The notes beneath the pieces are model-generated. The model did not search any database and was not told where the DNA came from. It worked only from the letters and a program-made list of their open reading frames with translations. This document shows positions 60,670 through 64,000 of a stretch of DNA of 64,000 nucleotides, piece after piece. The DNA is from Spirulina sp. (lineage in GTDB: Bacteria; Cyanobacteriota; Cyanobacteriia; Phormidesmidales; Phormidesmidaceae), in contig JBIPSI010000021.1 in the NCBI GenBank assembly GCA_044070495.1, forward strand, positions 1-64,000. Direction: 5' to 3'. Position 1 is the first letter of the stretch, and each line of letters starts with the position of its first letter. The translations under genes were made by a program, and so were the position numbers.

Positions 60670-63111
60670 TTACCCCAAATCGGTGACCACAATGCCGGGG
60701 AGGGCATTGAGTTCCTGATCGCTGAGGGGGTCGCCGCCGTAGATAGAGGCCATCCGGGCCAAGGCTCCGGTGAAGGCCGCATTGTAGTCTAGGGCCACTT
60801 CGTTGGTGAAGTAGTTGCTGCGGACATCTTCATAGGCGAAGTCGTTGGGGGCCGAGAGACCACCCACCAGACCGCCATAGAGGATGTGGTCGTTGGGGGC
60901 GGGGTCGTTGATGTTAGTGGTGCCGGAGGCGGCGCGATGGTGGGGGTTGAGCGGATAGTTTTCGCCAAAGCCAATCATGTAGCTGGCGTTGCGCGGATTA
61001 TCTCCCAACATGTAGTTGATTTGGCTAGTGGCAAAGACATCGTACCGACCGTTGGGATCGTTGACGGTATCGGCATAGACCCCAGCTAAGAAGGCGGTGT
61101 TGGCGGCATAGCGCAGGGAACCCCATTCGCTCAGCCATGCCAGCCCCCCTTGGGTGTAGCGCACGCTGCCCCCCGGTAGCCAGCTATTCAGCCAGGTTTC
61201 TACGTCGGTGCGGTAGCGGCTGTCATTGGTTTCCTGGGCCAGCAAAATCGCGGTGCCGTAGGACTTGTCATCCCAGGATTGCGTCCAGCCGGGGCCAATG
61301 CCTCGATACTCGGCTTGGGCCTTGGCCAGATAGCTGGTATCGGTGGAACCCTTGGCTTCTAGGGCTTTGTGTAGCCAGGTGGCCCCCCAGGCCAGTTCGT
61401 CTTGGTAGCCGCTCCAGGAATTGTAGTACTGGGCGCTGGCCGGAATGGAACTGGAGTAGGTGCCCCGGTAGGTATCGGCGAAGGTATAGAGCTGTTGGGC
61501 GTTGGTGAGCAGGGTGTCGGCATAGCCCGCATCCACCGACCGAAACAGGATGGAGGCCGAAGCCAGGGCCGCTGCCGCCTCTGCCGCCAAATCACTGCCG
61601 GGACGGTTGGGGGTGATGGCAAAGGCGGGTCGCGCCATGGTCATATTTTCTGGGGCACCCCAATAGCTGTGGTCGAGGGCACCATCTCCCACCTGCCCCC
61701 AAAAGGCCTGGGTGACACCATTTTGGCTGACATGGGCCTTGAGGATGTAATCCGTGCCCCACTTAATCGCCTCCAGGGCTTCATCCAACTGACCCATTTG
61801 GGCATAGGCATCGCCATATTCCACCACGCCCCAGCCCAGCATCGTCATAGAAGCCGCCATGGGGAGGCCAAATTTCACATGGTCGCCCGCATCGTAGTAA
61901 CCACCGCTGAGATCGCGCCCCACGCTGGCTCCGTCGTTGAGGGCCGAGTCTCCCCGCCAGGCAATGCGGTTGTCGTCCGGCAGTGCGCCAGACCGTTGGG
62001 CCTCATAGAACAGGAAAGACTTTTGCAACGCCTCACCATAGTTAAACGGCCCGGACATCTCAGGCCCAGGGGCGGGGTCGGGAATAGGATCTGGAGTCGG
62101 GTCAGGTGTGGGATCCGGAATAGGATCTGGAGTCGGGTCAGGCGTCGGGTCAGGCGTCGGGTCAGGAATGGGATCTGGGGTGGGTTCGGGCGTTGGATCA
62201 GGCGTCGGTTCGGGGGGCGGTTCTACTACGCCACCGGACTGACCCACGGTGACACCATTTAACTCATAGCTTGTCGGCGCTACGGCCTCGCCATTGAGCC
62301 TCGTAGCCTGCACGCCAAAGGTAACTTTGCCCCCCGCTGGAATGGTTTGGTTCCAGCCCAGGTTTTCTACGGTAATGCCGTCTTGGGTGCTGAGTAGCTT
62401 GGCATTCCAGATATTGTCAACGCGGAAATTGGCATCAAAGGCTAGCGTCCAGCCCGAAATGGCCGTATTGCCCAAATTCTCGATCACAATATTGGCGACA
62501 AAGCCCGATCCCCAGTCGTTATCGATGTCGAAGTTAACCGTCACCGCTGGGCCAGGCGCTGGCGCTGGCGTGGGCGCAGGGGTTGGATCTGGCGTGGGCG
62601 CAGGGGTTGGATCTGGCTCTGGTGTAGGTTCCGGTTCTGGCGGCGGCTCTGGAGTGGGTTCTGGTTCAGGTGTAGGCTCCGGTTCAGGTGTAGGTTCCGG
62701 ATCAGGTGTAGGTTCAGGATCAGGTGTAGGCTCAGGAGTAGGCTCCGGCTCAGGAGTAGGCTCCGGTTCTGGAGCGGGTTCCGGTGCTGGCGTGGGAGTC
62801 CCCGCTACGGGTACACCATTTAAAGTGAGATTGAAAGGGGACACCGTGACCCCAGGGGAATTTTGGCCATTAAAGCCAAAGGTAATGCTCTGCCCAGGGG
62901 CCAACCCGCCATTCCAGACAGCATTGGTAATCACAAAGCTCCCGTTCGTCCCCTGCTGAAGCGTGGCGCTCCACAGGTTGGTAATTTGAAAGGGCGCATC
63001 AAAGGCAAGTTCCCACTGGGTCAGGGGTTCAGTACCGAGGTTGGTGATCGTTACGTCGGCGGTAAAGCCTGTCCCCCAGTCGTTTCTAATAATAAATTTC
63101 ACTGATGGCAT
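60670..63111 (-). CDS. GH9 endoglucanase with two CBM2 modules and Pro-rich linkers
   Basis: CBM2 NDWG(T/S)GF..W.LAFDA..WN twice; (PE/PD/PT)n linkers; GH9 [29 protein letters not shown]. Confidence 0.93.
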   Translation of the reverse strand: MPSVKFIIRNDWGTGFTADVTITNLGTEPLTQWELAFDAPFQITNLWSATLQQGTNGSFVITNAVWNGGLAPGQSITFGFNGQNSPGVTVSPFNLTLNGVPVAGTPTPAPEPAPEPEPTPEPEPTPEPTPDPEPTPDPEPTPEPEPTPEPEPTPEPPPEPEPTPEPDPTPAPTPDPTPAPTPAPAPGPAVTVNFDIDNDWGSGFVANIVIENLGNTAISGWTLAFDANFRVDNIWNAKLLSTQDGITVENLGWNQTIPAGGKVTFGVQATRLNGEAVAPTSYELNGVTVGQSGGVVEPPPEPTPDPTPEPTPDPIPDPTPDPTPDPTPDPIPDPTPDPTPDPIPDPAPGPEMSGPFNYGEALQKSFLFYEAQRSGALPDDNRIAWRGDSALNDGASVGRDLSGGYYDAGDHVKFGLPMAASMTMLGWGVVEYGDAYAQMGQLDEALEAIKWGTDYILKAHVSQNGVTQAFWGQVGDGALDHSYWGAPENMTMARPAFAITPNRPGSDLAAEAAAALASASILFRSVDAGYADTLLTNAQQLYTFADTYRGTYSSSIPASAQYYNSWSGYQDELAWGATWLHKALEAKGSTDTSYLAKAQAEYRGIGPGWTQSWDDKSYGTAILLAQETNDSRYRTDVETWLNSWLPGGSVRYTQGGLAWLSEWGSLRYAANTAFLAGVYADTVNDPNGRYDVFATSQINYMLGDNPRNASYMIGFGENYPLNPHHRAASGTTNINDPAPNDHILYGGLVGGLSAPNDFAYEDVRSNYFTNEVALDYNAAFTGALARMASIYGGDPLSDQELNALPGIVVTDLG

Positions 63112-63428
63112 GGTGTTTAATTTCCCAAGTCAAGTTAAAGACGCGCTGAAAATCCTGCACTCGCGCTACTATCTGTTGCTCGTGTGACGCTTTTGACATA
63201 GAAGACGTTCCATACTTCAGGAGTTTTATGGATAATCCGGAGCATTAACCCTGAGAGGATATTTGGAAACAGCGCCCAGAACCCGTTGCCAGGACATACG
63301 GAATGGCGTTGACCACCTCATACCGGTCAACTGTGTTCGCTACTCTGAGCCTAATACCGAGGAAGCCTTTTCTGCGATTCGGGTCGCTGTATGCTCATTA
63401 ATACTTTCCTAAGATCCTCTAAGACTCC

Positions 63429-64000
63429 CTAGGTTTGGCTATGGGCCGCAAACACATCCCGAAATGGCCCCAGGAATTTTCGTTCTGGCGACCAATCGCT
63501 AATGGCAAACACAACGTCGGAGAAAGCTCCGCTGTAGGTGGTTTCTAGGGCCTGCCGAAAGTCCATCGCGGTACGGTGGGGATCAATCGACAGAGCACTT
63601 CCTCCTGTGCCCTGGCTCCATTCAGAAAGCCGCCGCCCGGAGTGAGTCCGTTGGCAAAATTTAGGGCCAGGGGTCGCAATCCACGCTCTACCAGCCGTTG
63701 GGATGCGCCCAGCGTGGTCTCATTGGTGACTTGGATGTGAGTTTCCTGGAATGAGGCTTGCCCCTGACTTGGCAAGGTTGCCTCTGGGGGAATGCTGATT
63801 TTGGCTGCACAGGCCGCTTGCACCGCTTCGCGCCAATCAATGGTTTGTCTGGCCTGAGTCCTATAAAACCCGGTGCGGGCTGCTTCTGCCGCCGACCTTC
63901 CTAGGCTGGCGGCAACCTTCCTAGGAAGGGTTAACTCCTGCTGTCGAGTGGCGGCCATCCATTCGGAATCGAGACAAGGATGTATACGCACTGTGCTCAC
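63429..64000 (-). pseudogene. TIGR02452/DUF2263 (bacterial PARG-like macrodomain) gene with internal deletion and frameshift
   Basis: [22 protein letters not shown] in one frame; [35 protein letters not shown] in another frame (63584-63429); middle of the protein missing. Confidence 0.8.

Noticed and set aside
62071..62800. Dense 12- to 18-nt tandem repeats
   Set aside because: They encode Pro-rich linkers of the GH9 enzyme; no repeat-spacer structure, so not CRISPR

Overview
Chromosomal window from a high-GC (roughly 58%, estimated by eye) beta-cyanobacterium, probably a filamentous Leptolyngbya/Nodosilinea-like strain. Core content: dxr; the ftrC-sufBCDS operon with divergent sufR and two SufR operators; tamB; the carboxysome operon ccmK2K1LMNO divergent from ndhF4-ndhD4-cupB; an SphS-like kinase; RNA-modification genes; ureC, tatC, selO, hpsO, pip, trpB and rnpB-rnc. 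Most notable: (1) a two-gene peptidoglycan hydrolase operon (M15A peptidase plus GH24 lysozyme) whose products share a 69-aa N-terminal domain I do not recognise and lack signal peptides; (2) an orphan archaeal/eukaryotic-type PheRS beta subunit with intact editing motifs but an altered Mg-binding motif; (3) an EIIA-HPr-EI PTS fusion, rare in cyanobacteria, bracketed by inverted ~150-bp repeat elements; (4) apparent absence of the HIP1 core CGATCG; (5) a glutamine riboswitch and NtcA box ahead of a 56-aa DUF4278-type ORF missing from the ORF track; (6) a repeat element read in frame inside an RlhA-like U32 gene; (7) a CBM2-CBM2-GH9 glucanase without a signal peptide; (8) a PARG-like pseudogene with an internal deletion. 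I saw no tRNA, rRNA, CRISPR array or transposase. All calls come from motif recognition by eye; no searches were run.
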